Shown here: positions 1 through 9,200 of the stretch, in pieces
Numbering within the stretch: the stretch's first letter is position 1
Layout of the letters: every line of letters begins with the position of its first letter
Virus record (IMG/VR): IMGVR_UViG_3300046778_000118
Coordinates: 1-31,596 of that record
Reading direction: 5' to 3' (one strand)
Source of the DNA: a virus
Lineage: Duplodnaviria; Caudoviricetes
DNA length: 31,596 bases
Made by a program: the position numbers and the translations under genes
Notes under the pieces: model-generated
Databases searched by the model: none
The model's input: only the letters and a program-made list of their open reading frames with translations
What the model was told of the DNA's origin: nothing

Positions 1-615
1 TTCCCTACCTCTAATACCATACATGGAGTAAGTACACAATACATTTTCAGTTTTTCCTGATCTTGATGTAATTGGATACATTTCTCCTTTATAGTGCTCA
101 CACCACCCTTCAGCTCTTTGCATTTTATTACAAATAGAGCATTTTAAATCTTCTACACTTACACCAATAGATAAAGTATAGAACTCCCCATTTAAAACAG
201 ATTTAATTGCAGAAGAATCTGTTAATCTAGGAATCAAATTTAAATAATATTGACTTCCTTCTTTTGCTATTCTAGCACAGACAATACGGCCAAAAACTGG
301 AGAAGAATAATCATCATGATTTTGAATTACAGGAATTTCATAGGGAGTAACCCAGCTATAAATTCCTGTATTATCTTCTTCAGAACCTTGTAATTCTTTT
401 TTTGGATATACCGTTGAATTTCTAGTAGTAGTATCTGCAGTCATTGCCCAGAAACTAGGAAAAATGACTGGAGGTAACGTATCTGGAGCAGATCTATCTG
501 AAGCCTTTTCTGTATATACAGCACTAATCGATTTAGTAGATAACTCACTAATCTTGTATAAACCTGAAACAGGATCTAAACTAAATCCACGTTTCGATAA
601 TTCTTTATAATCCAT
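1..615 (-). CDS. Prohead (capsid maturation) protease, 3'-truncated by the window edge
   Basis: Not in the ORF track. Hand translation is open from ATG 615 (alternative ATG 621) to base 1: ...PVIQNHDDYSSPVFGRI...YTLSIG...CSIC...CEHYKGEMY...RE. The NHD, GRI and SIG motifs with a CxxC/CxH insert match large-phage prohead proteases. It lies directly downstream of the portal. Confidence 0.75.
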   Translation of the reverse strand, partial: MDYKELSKRGFSLDPVSGLYKISELSTKSISAVYTEKASDRSAPDTLPPVIFPSFWAMTADTTTRNSTVYPKKELQGSEEDNTGIYSWVTPYEIPVIQNHDDYSSPVFGRIVCARIAKEGSQYYLNLIPRLTDSSAIKSVLNGEFYTLSIGVSVEDLKCSICNKMQRAEGWCEHYKGEMYPITSRSGKTENVLCTYSMYGIRGRE

Positions 616-624
616 ATTCATATC

Positions 625-2076
625 CTATTTAGGTTTCTTTTTAACTGGAGGTTTAGGTTTCATGACTGCTTTAGCCTTAGCAACTTTAGAGTCTAATCTT
701 GCCTTTATTCCATGTAAAGTAGTATCTTCAGCTAAACCAATTGGAGCCATTCCACTATTTTTACGAGCTTCATCTCTCTGAGCAATACCTTTAGTAAATA
801 AATCTGCCCAATGATTTTGACGTCTACGAACTTCTTCGTCATCAAAATCAGGTAAAACAAACTTAACTTTAAAGTCACCTGTTTTATTATCAAAAGCAGA
901 CATCCCTATTTCTAATAGAAGGTCTTTCAAAAGACCTTCTGTTAAAAACAGATTAATTACTTTCTGATAAAAAGTCGCTCTATCATACATCTGAGCAGAC
1001 AATGCACTAGCTCCAGCATTATTTACATAGTTGCCTTCACCCATCATTAACCCACTCATACCCAGCCCAGCTAAACCTCTAGTCTTGAAAAAGTTTAAAT
1101 AACCCTCAGTACGTAGAGCTTGACTTTCTGCACCAATAGCTTTTATGGTTACATTTGGCCCTGTTACAAAGAAACCATCGTGACTCATACGCTCTACTGC
1201 ACTAGAATAAATATCTATTTCAGATTGATCTCCCAGTGTAGTTCCATTTAAATCTGGAGTTGAGATATGAATCAACGGGTTTAAGTAACGATAAACTAAC
1301 TTAAGCACTCCGTCTTCTAAAGATCGGAGTGCTCTCAAGTCTCCTAATGCGGCAGCAAATTGTGAATTACCCTGCTTAATACTGCCATCAGGTGCATACA
1401 TAAGAATGTAAAGGTCTTCTAAAGCTATAACTTTTTCTACACCTTGGTCGCCTAAGTTTTCATCTTTATAAAGCCAGGCTATAATATCTCCTGTGTCTTT
1501 ATCTTTTATAGCATACATAAACTTTGCATCTGCTATAAATAATCCAGCTAACTTACCTTTAGGCGAAACTGCACGAACATTGAACCCAGTTACAACAACT
1601 GGATCTTCTGTATAGGCTTTTATAAGATAGACCACTCCATCTCTACTCAGTTTTCTTCCTATGTCCGCTAATGTTAAAGTAAAGGAATAGCCTGTAGAAA
1701 GACTCATGAGGTTTAGTCTATGAGTAATGTAACGTTGAACTGCAGGTTGGTCTGTACGAATACAATCTTTTATTTCCCAGATATTAGTTACAAGTTTTTC
1801 GGCATATTTATCAACTGCTTGTCTAATATAGCTTTCACGTTTATACCCATGCTCTAAATCAACATATAATTTACGTACTGATCTTGAACGCTGATCCTCT
1901 AGTACTTGAGATAAATTTAATACTCGAGTATCATAGTTAGGAGCGGTTTGAATAGGGTCGTTTACTTTAAGGATAACTGAAGAAGTGGTTCTTGCTTCAG
2001 AAGCTACACCTGGCGAAGATATGCCTACTCCAGCACTCTTATTTAGTTTTAAGGAAGAAGACATATGTAATGCCAT
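625..2076 (-). CDS. Probable portal protein
   Basis: 483 aa, lying between terminase and prohead protease, with portal-like size and a C-terminal 'GIAQRDEARKNSGMAPI' segment (the EAR..G..P pattern of portals). Confidence 0.7.
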   Translation of the reverse strand: MALHMSSSLKLNKSAGVGISSPGVASEARTTSSVILKVNDPIQTAPNYDTRVLNLSQVLEDQRSRSVRKLYVDLEHGYKRESYIRQAVDKYAEKLVTNIWEIKDCIRTDQPAVQRYITHRLNLMSLSTGYSFTLTLADIGRKLSRDGVVYLIKAYTEDPVVVTGFNVRAVSPKGKLAGLFIADAKFMYAIKDKDTGDIIAWLYKDENLGDQGVEKVIALEDLYILMYAPDGSIKQGNSQFAAALGDLRALRSLEDGVLKLVYRYLNPLIHISTPDLNGTTLGDQSEIDIYSSAVERMSHDGFFVTGPNVTIKAIGAESQALRTEGYLNFFKTRGLAGLGMSGLMMGEGNYVNNAGASALSAQMYDRATFYQKVINLFLTEGLLKDLLLEIGMSAFDNKTGDFKVKFVLPDFDDEEVRRRQNHWADLFTKGIAQRDEARKNSGMAPIGLAEDTTLHGIKARLDSKVAKAKAVMKPKPPVKKKPK

Positions 2077-2078
2077 AT

Positions 2079-2480
2079 TTATTCACCTACTGTTGAAAAC
2101 AATCTTTTTTCTACTGAAGCAAAAATACTATCACGAAGTTGATTCATATCTACACTTGTAAAATCTGATATTGTAACTAATGTTAAATTATATAGTTCAC
2201 ACTTAGTTGTTAAAGAAACAATGTATTCCCTGTCCCGAAGATCAACACACTGAATAATAACACCCGAGATAATATCTTTCTGAAGAGTATCACTCCAAAA
2301 AGACAACTCAGGGAAAACTAAATCTAACTTACTGTCACAAAAACTCCAGTAACCATCTATAACATATGGTGCACCTGAAAAAATTCCATTACACACCAAA
2401 GAAAAGAACTCTGTTTTAGAGTTCTTTTCTGTATCTAATATTCTAGTTGGTTCTTTTGATTTAAAGAACTTCTTAAACAT
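2079..2480 (-). CDS. Hypothetical protein (133 aa)
   Basis: Tightly packed, co-oriented ORF with no recognised motif. Confidence 0.7.
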   Translation of the reverse strand: MFKKFFKSKEPTRILDTEKNSKTEFFSLVCNGIFSGAPYVIDGYWSFCDSKLDLVFPELSFWSDTLQKDIISGVIIQCVDLRDREYIVSLTTKCELYNLTLVTISDFTSVDMNQLRDSIFASVEKRLFSTVGE

Positions 2481-2493
2481 AAAAACACTCTTT

Positions 2494-3288
2494 CTATTTT
2501 ACATAAAATCCTAACTGATTTCGTAACTCATCTAACTGAGTTAGAGTATCTTCTAAAGCCAAAATTCTTTTCAGATCTCGGTTTGAAGCATACATATATT
2601 CAATATAAATTTTTGTATAAATATCTAATAAATCTTCTACAACTTCTGTAGTGGTCACAAATGTATCCGGTGGGGCAAAGGCGTACTTATCCTTATACAA
2701 AGCCTGTATGGACACCACAAGAGCCTTATACAGGTCTGTAGTGTAGTCATACACCTCAATAGGAAGTGTGGAGAATATCTCATAAGGGATATTCTCCATA
2801 ATCATATCGGACTTTAATTCTAAAATAATACGTTCTGTTGTTGAAGATATTCCACTGCTAGAACCACCATTCCCAGCTTTTCTTTTATTATATAACGAAA
2901 CAAGTTTCTCTAGGTTTACTATAGAACTTAATCTATAAGAAAGTAAAACTGGAAGTGAAGGCCAAATACTATTATGAACTTTAACTACAGAAGAATACAC
3001 CGATATATAACCTAATATAGTATTAAGTATATCAGATTCATAAGATGCACTACTTATACCAAAGCTATTCCTAGTATGAGGAATAGCTTTAGACAAATCT
3101 ATTAAATCAACTTGACTTAAAATAGACTTTTCTCTCTCTACAACTTCAGATAATCTTTCCTGAGTAAAATCTTGAATAGCTGTTGAGCCATCTCTCAGAT
3201 TCAAAGGAATATCCGAAGCTACAGTATTTTCAGTTCTATCTGGAGTCCAGGGCTTTATTGCCCCTGGACTCAAAATCTGATCAAACAT
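2494..3288 (-). CDS. Hypothetical protein (264 aa) between terminase and portal
   Basis: Long ORF in the head module; function not recognised. Confidence 0.75.
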   Translation of the reverse strand: MFDQILSPGAIKPWTPDRTENTVASDIPLNLRDGSTAIQDFTQERLSEVVEREKSILSQVDLIDLSKAIPHTRNSFGISSASYESDILNTILGYISVYSSVVKVHNSIWPSLPVLLSYRLSSIVNLEKLVSLYNKRKAGNGGSSSGISSTTERIILELKSDMIMENIPYEIFSTLPIEVYDYTTDLYKALVVSIQALYKDKYAFAPPDTFVTTTEVVEDLLDIYTKIYIEYMYASNRDLKRILALEDTLTQLDELRNQLGFYVK

Positions 3289-3305
3289 AAAACCCTACTT
3301 TCCAG

Positions 3306-4931
3306 TTAAAAAGATTCTCTAAAAGAAGGAATAGATCTTACACTAGAACTTCTTCTACTATACTTTACATCCGTCATAGACCTACTCTCAGGTTTATCCA
3401 TAAGTCTTAAAGAAACTGGAGTTGGAATCTGAACTATTGAATTATCATTCATATGCTTTGCTAAAGGATTATCATAATTTATAAAAATAGCCCAACAAGC
3501 TAAAGCAAGGGCATCTATAAAGTGCTCATTAGTTCTAGAATACCTTGGACCTCGTATAGTAAACCCAACAACTTTATACTGAGTTAACTGAGATACAAAA
3601 TCTTTATCTTGTTTTGGAAATTTAACTTTACTTGCCGAAAACAAGTTCTGTAAATGACCAACCATAGCAATTTTAACGTTTTTAGGGATAACTTCTCTAG
3701 TTCTTAAATCTACAGATTCATAGTTAGAGTTAAAACTTATACCACGTATACGGTTGTATAATTCAGGTGCTCTCTTTTTTGAGAGCATCTGAAGAGTCTC
3801 TACTTGCATAGTATCTGATGTGGCTTCTAAATATAACCAATCTAAATTGACTATATTATGCAGATCAATAATACGATCACAAGTATAATTAAATAAGTGA
3901 GGAGTGTTTTTGTTAACTTCTTCTCTATATAAGACTCTATAGTGAGATAAACCAGGGATATAAGACACAATTAAGATACTAGGGCCAGCTTGAACTCTAT
4001 CCCAGTCTACTCCCATAGTTCTAATCTCACCGGGAACTCTACGTGGAATATTTCTAATATCTGAAACATATCCCCACTTAGTGTTCTCTTCATAAGGATT
4101 TAAAACTGCCGCATCTTGAATGTTTTCCGAATTGAAAACATTCAAATCGTTTACAGAAACTGGCTGACATAAATATTCACGCTTATACTGCTCAATTCTG
4201 TCAGGTTCATATTCTTTACGGATAGCAAGAACTTGTTCTGGAGTATAGTCTGGATTCTGATCTAAAGGCACAAAAATAGAATCAGTGTCTTCCATGTATT
4301 CATTAGAGAATTCATCATCTTCCAGCCCACCATGAACCATCTTAAGGAATCTGGAGTTAGGGTCGGCATTAGGAGTACTAGTAGCTAACAACTCTGGCGG
4401 CTTTCTGAAGGAGTCGCCACGAACAATAGGGTCGATAACTTGCCATTCTTCTGAGGGAATAAAGTCTGCTTCATCTACGTAGATCAAGTCTGCAGATTGT
4501 CCTCTAAGTGATTTAGAGCCGTTCTGGGCTATAAATCCTCTAATAGTAGATCCATTACGAAAAGATCTTGTGTGCTGAGGTTTGGCCCTTCTTCCAGTTA
4601 CATCCGCCCCAAGAAGAGGATTCTCATATAGAAAGTCATCTAGATCAGAAAAAATCTTAATTAGCTGAGACTCTCCTGGTCCAATAATAAGAACTTCTGT
4701 TTTAGGTGTGGTGAAGCATTTCCACAAAATATAGATAATAGCTGAGAAGGTTTTACCTACACGACGTGAAACGAGTATAATTTTCTTTCTGGCTTTGCTT
4801 GCATATATCTTACGTTGTACATAATTAGCCTTTAAAGGTTCCCCTGTACGAGGAACCTTTAAAAAAAACTCTGCCCAAGTCTTTGGGTTGGACGAGATAT
4901 TTGCTAACAATAATTTTTGATCTGTAGTCAT
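3306..4931 (-). CDS. terL: Terminase large subunit
   Basis: Walker A SRRVGKT, Walker B LIYVDEAD, coupling motif ATSTP, and RNase H-like nuclease motifs MGVDW and HFIDALALA. Confidence 0.95.
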   Translation of the reverse strand: MTTDQKLLLANISSNPKTWAEFFLKVPRTGEPLKANYVQRKIYASKARKKIILVSRRVGKTFSAIIYILWKCFTTPKTEVLIIGPGESQLIKIFSDLDDFLYENPLLGADVTGRRAKPQHTRSFRNGSTIRGFIAQNGSKSLRGQSADLIYVDEADFIPSEEWQVIDPIVRGDSFRKPPELLATSTPNADPNSRFLKMVHGGLEDDEFSNEYMEDTDSIFVPLDQNPDYTPEQVLAIRKEYEPDRIEQYKREYLCQPVSVNDLNVFNSENIQDAAVLNPYEENTKWGYVSDIRNIPRRVPGEIRTMGVDWDRVQAGPSILIVSYIPGLSHYRVLYREEVNKNTPHLFNYTCDRIIDLHNIVNLDWLYLEATSDTMQVETLQMLSKKRAPELYNRIRGISFNSNYESVDLRTREVIPKNVKIAMVGHLQNLFSASKVKFPKQDKDFVSQLTQYKVVGFTIRGPRYSRTNEHFIDALALACWAIFINYDNPLAKHMNDNSIVQIPTPVSLRLMDKPESRSMTDVKYSRRSSSVRSIPSFRESF

Positions 4932-4935
4932 TTAT

Positions 4936-5778
4936 TTATATCGAATAAAGTTCTGTTTCAGGAGAAACATGTACTCTATAATTCTTATCACTTCTATAAA
5001 ATTTATTTATACCGTTACCTTCAACTTTTAATGGAGAAGGTATTTTATTTGCGTCTAGGTTGGGTAACGGACCGGGGATAGGCACATGGTTATATCCTAT
5101 AAAACTAGAAGAACCTGCAGAAGGTTTGGGGAGAGATGCTCTTCTAGCTTGAGCGTCTCTAATATCTTGAGCATACCCATAAGAGGATGTTCTAGTAGTT
5201 CTATCTATTGGATCTACACCCATTCCAGCTTTTTGTTCTAAATTCCAAGTAGGTTTTTGATGATATGTTGCAGCACGTCTATTACCTGAAATAGTTTCTA
5301 AGGATAGATTACTTGATCTATTTTCTAATATACCGTCTTTAAATCCCCTAAACATATCTGATTTGTTTTTGGAAGATTCTTCTATTTTATCTACTGTGGA
5401 TAAAATGCGTTGTCTGCCATTCTCGAAGGAATTTTTAATATTAGATCTTATATTTAAAGCTTTATTTTGGCCTTTAGCATAGGCATTTTCTCCTCCAACA
5501 GTGACTCGAGATGCAACAGCCTCTGCCGCACTAGTCACTCCAGCAGACTCTGCGGCTTTTACAGATTGTCTAGTCATTGCACTTCTTAAAGCAGGATTAA
5601 ACCCTGCTCCTACAGCAGCTCCAACTGCACCAACACCCATAAACCCAAGCCCGACAGAGGCTTGGGTTTGATTATTGGAATTTGATAGGCGGTTCATCCC
5701 ATACATCATGGCCCCTATTCCCGCTGCCATACCTATGGAAGAACCATGCCCTAAACCTTGTCTTGAAAAAAATGACAT
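4936..5778 (-). CDS. Gly/Ala-rich protein with two N-terminal hydrophobic segments
   Basis: Segments GMAAGIGAMMYG and VGLGFMGVGAVGAAVGAG; packed between its neighbours. Confidence 0.7.
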   Translation of the reverse strand: MSFFSRQGLGHGSSIGMAAGIGAMMYGMNRLSNSNNQTQASVGLGFMGVGAVGAAVGAGFNPALRSAMTRQSVKAAESAGVTSAAEAVASRVTVGGENAYAKGQNKALNIRSNIKNSFENGRQRILSTVDKIEESSKNKSDMFRGFKDGILENRSSNLSLETISGNRRAATYHQKPTWNLEQKAGMGVDPIDRTTRTSSYGYAQDIRDAQARRASLPKPSAGSSSFIGYNHVPIPGPLPNLDANKIPSPLKVEGNGINKFYRSDKNYRVHVSPETELYSI

Positions 5779-5780
5779 AA

Positions 5781-6179
5781 TTAAAACATATCCATTATAT
5801 CGTCAGATGACATACCCATAGAACTAGTTGTAGTATTACCTCTATAAAGTGTGTCAAAAGTATGATTAGTTAAAAAGTCTGCTTGTCTATTAACTGAATT
5901 TATATTTGCTAATCTTCCACTTGCAGTAGCATTTCTTAACAAATTAAAACCGTTTTGTGCTGCCGCAGCTCCGTGAAGTAATCCAATTCCTACGCCTAGA
6001 GCACGTTTAATACTTCCACTACTAGAGTTATTATCTTTATTATTTTGATAAAGTCTATAGCCTCCATAAGAAATAGCCCCATTAGTTAACAAGCCTACAG
6101 CATTATTACCTATAGAATGTGCAAGAGGTCTTGACCTCATAGAAGAAGCTAATTTAGATGTTATTTCTTCACTAAACAT
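5781..6179 (-). CDS. Gly/Ala-rich hypothetical protein
   Basis: Hydrophobic GxxxG-rich stretch ALGVGIGLLHGAAAA. Confidence 0.7.
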   Translation of the reverse strand: MFSEEITSKLASSMRSRPLAHSIGNNAVGLLTNGAISYGGYRLYQNNKDNNSSSGSIKRALGVGIGLLHGAAAAQNGFNLLRNATASGRLANINSVNRQADFLTNHTFDTLYRGNTTTSSMGMSSDDIMDMF

Positions 6180-6190
6180 ATTTGCCTACA

Positions 6191-6676
6191 TTAATACTGA
6201 GTGAAAAATCCGTTATCCATTCTCATACCTAAGTCTAACATGCTATTAGACATTTTACTTTTAGGATTTTTAAAAGCGTTAGTTTGCATTGAAGTTGCAG
6301 CCTTATGGTAATACTCAGAACTACCATGAAAAACTTCAGCAGATTTATATAATGCATTTTGCATTCTTCCTTCACCTAGACGGTTTGCAGCATTGTTAAA
6401 TCTGTTACCCATTCTTTGCATTCCACCAGCAGTAAGAAGTCTTCCTACCCCCATAGATCGTGCTCCCATTGCCATAGAAGCAAGACCTGCACCTTGAGCT
6501 AATCCACCTCCAAAAGTACTTTGGCCTTGAGATCTATTATACATAGATCCACCAATCATAGCTGCTGCACCTGCCGCACCATAAGCGGCACCAACCATAA
6601 GACTTTTTCTACGTGTTTCATTTTTAATAAAAGGAGAAACACTTCCCGATAAAAACGAACTTAAATTACTTGCCAT
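6191..6676 (-). CDS. Gly/Ala/Met-rich hypothetical protein
   Basis: Segments LMVGAAYGAAGAAAMIGG and GGGLAQGAGLASMAMG. Confidence 0.7.
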   Translation of the reverse strand: MASNLSSFLSGSVSPFIKNETRRKSLMVGAAYGAAGAAAMIGGSMYNRSQGQSTFGGGLAQGAGLASMAMGARSMGVGRLLTAGGMQRMGNRFNNAANRLGEGRMQNALYKSAEVFHGSSEYYHKAATSMQTNAFKNPKSKMSNSMLDLGMRMDNGFFTQY

Positions 6677-6680
6677 TTAT

Positions 6681-7097
6681 TTATCTCCGAAGAGCTTGTG
6701 AAGCTAACGCTGCATGTGTAGAAGCTAATCCTCTAGATTGTCCTATAGCTTGCATCCCTTGTTGCATGGAGTGCATTGCTCCAATAGTAGGTTGCAAACC
6801 ATTATAGCTAAAAGGTAGAGAAGAGTTTCTTGTGTAGCTTTCTTGTTTAGCTCTATTCAAAGCTGTTGCTGATATTAAAGAGGGCACCATAGGAGCCACA
6901 GAATACAATGTTTGATATAAGGCCGCATTTGGACCCATAAATAAAAGAGACGGTAAAAGGTTTGATGCAAAAGAAGAAACAGCCGCAGTTGTCTTACTTG
7001 AGCCTTCTTTTACTGAGTTATTGTAATCTTGTGCCATCATTGCCGCACCGATTCCAACACCCATTACATCGAAATGTTTTAAACTATTTAGATTCAT
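6681..7097 (-). CDS. Gly/Ala-rich hypothetical protein
   Basis: N-terminal VMGVGIGAAMMA and a hydrophobic middle region. Confidence 0.7.
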   Translation of the reverse strand: MNLNSLKHFDVMGVGIGAAMMAQDYNNSVKEGSSKTTAAVSSFASNLLPSLLFMGPNAALYQTLYSVAPMVPSLISATALNRAKQESYTRNSSLPFSYNGLQPTIGAMHSMQQGMQAIGQSRGLASTHAALASQALRR

Positions 7098-7107
7098 ATA
7101 AGATACC

Positions 7108-7137
7108 TAAACCCTTTCCATTATAGGAAAGGGTTTA
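7108..7137. terminator. 12-bp perfect hairpin in an intergenic gap (terminator or other regulatory element)
   Basis: TAAACCCTTTCC (7108-7119) pairs with GGAAAGGGTTTA (7126-7137) around a 6-nt loop. The T-run follows on the + strand and is weak on the coding (-) strand. Confidence 0.5.
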
Positions 7138-7143
7138 TTTTAA

Positions 7144-7239
7144 TTACTTAGCTTTGGTAGGCTTAGGTGTACTGGGAAGTGGCACAGGCTTTAGAGGTTC
7201 ATAACCTTTAGGCTTAAGTTCCTTTGGTGGGGTTGCCAT
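7144..7239 (-). CDS. 31-aa Pro/Lys-rich micropeptide MATPPKELKPKGYEPLKPVPLPSTPKPTKAK
   Basis: Not in the track. It fills the gap exactly and has a strong SD (GAAGGAG) 7 nt upstream of ATG 7239. Confidence 0.7.
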   Translation of the reverse strand: MATPPKELKPKGYEPLKPVPLPSTPKPTKAK

Positions 7240-7241
7240 AC

Positions 7242-7595
7242 TTAATCTCCTTCTTCAGAATCATTATTAGAATGTAATTCGTTTATATAATCATTAGACG
7301 CTTGAACACGTACAAGAAGCTTTCTTCTCCCACATAATCCTTTTAGAAGTGCTCTTAAATGAGATTCAGGTATAAGCTGAATAAAAACATTAGGAGATTT
7401 GCGAATATAGTAAATTGCAAGATCTTCTAGTTCTGGATTAGTGAGAGTTCCGTCATTATCTTTATCTGCATGAGACAAAACTAAAGCTAAATCTTTTCTG
7501 ATAAAGTTGACATAGGTAGTTAGAGTCGCAATAATATACGGCCCATACTTTGTGCTATATTCAATTATTTTAGGTATAAGTTCTGTAATAGTCAT
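7242..7595 (-). CDS. Small protein with a hydrophobic N-terminal segment and an EF-hand-like loop
   Basis: Likely start is ATG 7595 (MTITELIPK), because the track start overlaps the upstream gene. Contains DKDNDGTLTNPE. Confidence 0.65.
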   Translation of the reverse strand: MTITELIPKIIEYSTKYGPYIIATLTTYVNFIRKDLALVLSHADKDNDGTLTNPELEDLAIYYIRKSPNVFIQLIPESHLRALLKGLCGRRKLLVRVQASNDYINELHSNNDSEEGD

Positions 7596-7596
7596 A

Positions 7597-8454
7597 TTAT
7601 TCAGCCTTTTTATTGGAAAAGTTTGTAATACTCGAAAGCATAACTGACAAACTATCTGCCATATCTGCATTCGTAGCTTTCTTTTTCAATTTGTCTTCTC
7701 TAGTAGAGAGCATCTGTTTATACAACTTTTGCAGATCATTACGAATAGAAGCTTGAGCAGCTCTATTAATATTGATAACTTTTTTCTTGAGAATTATTTT
7801 TGAGCCAGGACTTTGTCCCACATCTTCTTGAATAACTTCTGTTTCAAGCTTCATAGACATGTCTGTACGCCACATTTGAAGCTGTAATCTACACATATCT
7901 GCAATAGTTAAAAGGTCTATATGATCTTCCACACTTACAGCTAATTCTCGTGTATAAGCTACAAAATGTTTAAAGATCTCCATTAACTCAAGAGGGCAAC
8001 TACTGCCAATAAAATCATCTCTATTTGTTACAGGACAGATTGGGCCATAAACACATCCAGCAGTACCTTTACATACCATAGGTAATTGACTAAATATACC
8101 CGTCAACCTATTTGCTAATCTAGTTTCTTGAATAGTCCATCCTATTGCTTTAGCCTGTTTATTTGGAGAAATAACATTTAAAGGCAAAGGATCTTTAAAA
8201 TTAACTACAGGAAGATTATATACTAGTTTTTTCTTAACTGGAGATGTGATTGAATTCGCCTCTGAATCCGTCATTTCCATAGATAATTCAGACATGTTTG
8301 AATCATCTTGCTCTTCAGCTTCCTGTTGAGTTACAAAATCATAAGTTGTTTCATCTACTAAAGGTTTAATTCTAGCAGGTTCAACTGTAACTAAAGGTCT
8401 ATCTTCAAGAGAAGCTAGTTCAAAACTAGCTTCTCCATTGGGGTACAAAGGCAT
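7597..8454 (-). CDS. Hypothetical protein with a Cys cluster; candidate terminase small subunit
   Basis: C-x5-C-x5-C...CPLE followed by a helical region and a basic C-terminus, upstream of terL. The TerS role is inferred from position only. Confidence 0.4.
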   Translation of the reverse strand: MPLYPNGEASFELASLEDRPLVTVEPARIKPLVDETTYDFVTQQEAEEQDDSNMSELSMEMTDSEANSITSPVKKKLVYNLPVVNFKDPLPLNVISPNKQAKAIGWTIQETRLANRLTGIFSQLPMVCKGTAGCVYGPICPVTNRDDFIGSSCPLELMEIFKHFVAYTRELAVSVEDHIDLLTIADMCRLQLQMWRTDMSMKLETEVIQEDVGQSPGSKIILKKKVININRAAQASIRNDLQKLYKQMLSTREDKLKKKATNADMADSLSVMLSSITNFSNKKAE

Positions 8455-8467
8455 AATAACCTACTTA

Positions 8468-9196
8468 CTACATAAATTTCTGAGTAAAATAAGCTTTCTC
8501 AGTTTCAGATCTTAATGTCCACCAGTCTTCTGGAGGCATAGACTCTGCTAATTCCTTATTAGGGTGTGTAACCATAATAGTTTTAGGAGAATCAGGAAAT
8601 ACTGTTTCCTCCATAATAGACTGCTTCATCTGAGTAAGCGAATTAATAAACAGGTTTCCAGCACAAGCTGCAGAACAGAAAATTAATTTCTGACCGTAAA
8701 CATACATACTTACTCTATTAGCTGACTCTAAAGATAAAGGACATTTACAGTTTGGACGGGCACAAGATAGCCCACCTTCCTTAATATCTGTACTTTCTTT
8801 CTTGTCAATTAACTGAGATTTTAGCTGAGCAACTGACCACCCATTATCTGAAGCAGACTCCAACCACTTTACAGGATCATCTGTACCTGCAGCAGCTCTG
8901 TAATGAGTATATGAAATAGTGGGGGAAATTGAACGCTTATCTTTAGGATAAACACTACTAACCCATCTATAGCTCATTAATGTAGGGTATTCCAAAGATA
9001 CATCTTTAGAAACTTCTTCCATTACCTTTTTTACAACTCTCTTATTTGGTGCATCTTTTACTAATGCATTTAAGAGATCTCCGATAGCCCATGCAGAATT
9101 GTCTGAAGCTTCAGATAGATTACGAATCTGTTCTGTGACTTGCTCATAAAGTTGTGCACGATCAACTTTAATATCTTTAATAACTTCTGTACTCAT
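8468..9196 (-). CDS. LmbU-like HTH regulator fused to a C-terminal Cys4 (TRASH/zinc-finger-like) domain
   Basis: WAIGD...LEYPTLMSYRWVS.VYP...ISYTHY...WL..A...WSVAQLK resembles the LmbU family; CARPNC...FCSAAC is the Cys domain. Likely start is ATG 9196. Confidence 0.6.
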   Translation of the reverse strand: MSTEVIKDIKVDRAQLYEQVTEQIRNLSEASDNSAWAIGDLLNALVKDAPNKRVVKKVMEEVSKDVSLEYPTLMSYRWVSSVYPKDKRSISPTISYTHYRAAAGTDDPVKWLESASDNGWSVAQLKSQLIDKKESTDIKEGGLSCARPNCKCPLSLESANRVSMYVYGQKLIFCSAACAGNLFINSLTQMKQSIMEETVFPDSPKTIMVTHPNKELAESMPPEDWWTLRSETEKAYFTQKFM

Positions 9197-9200
9197 ATGT

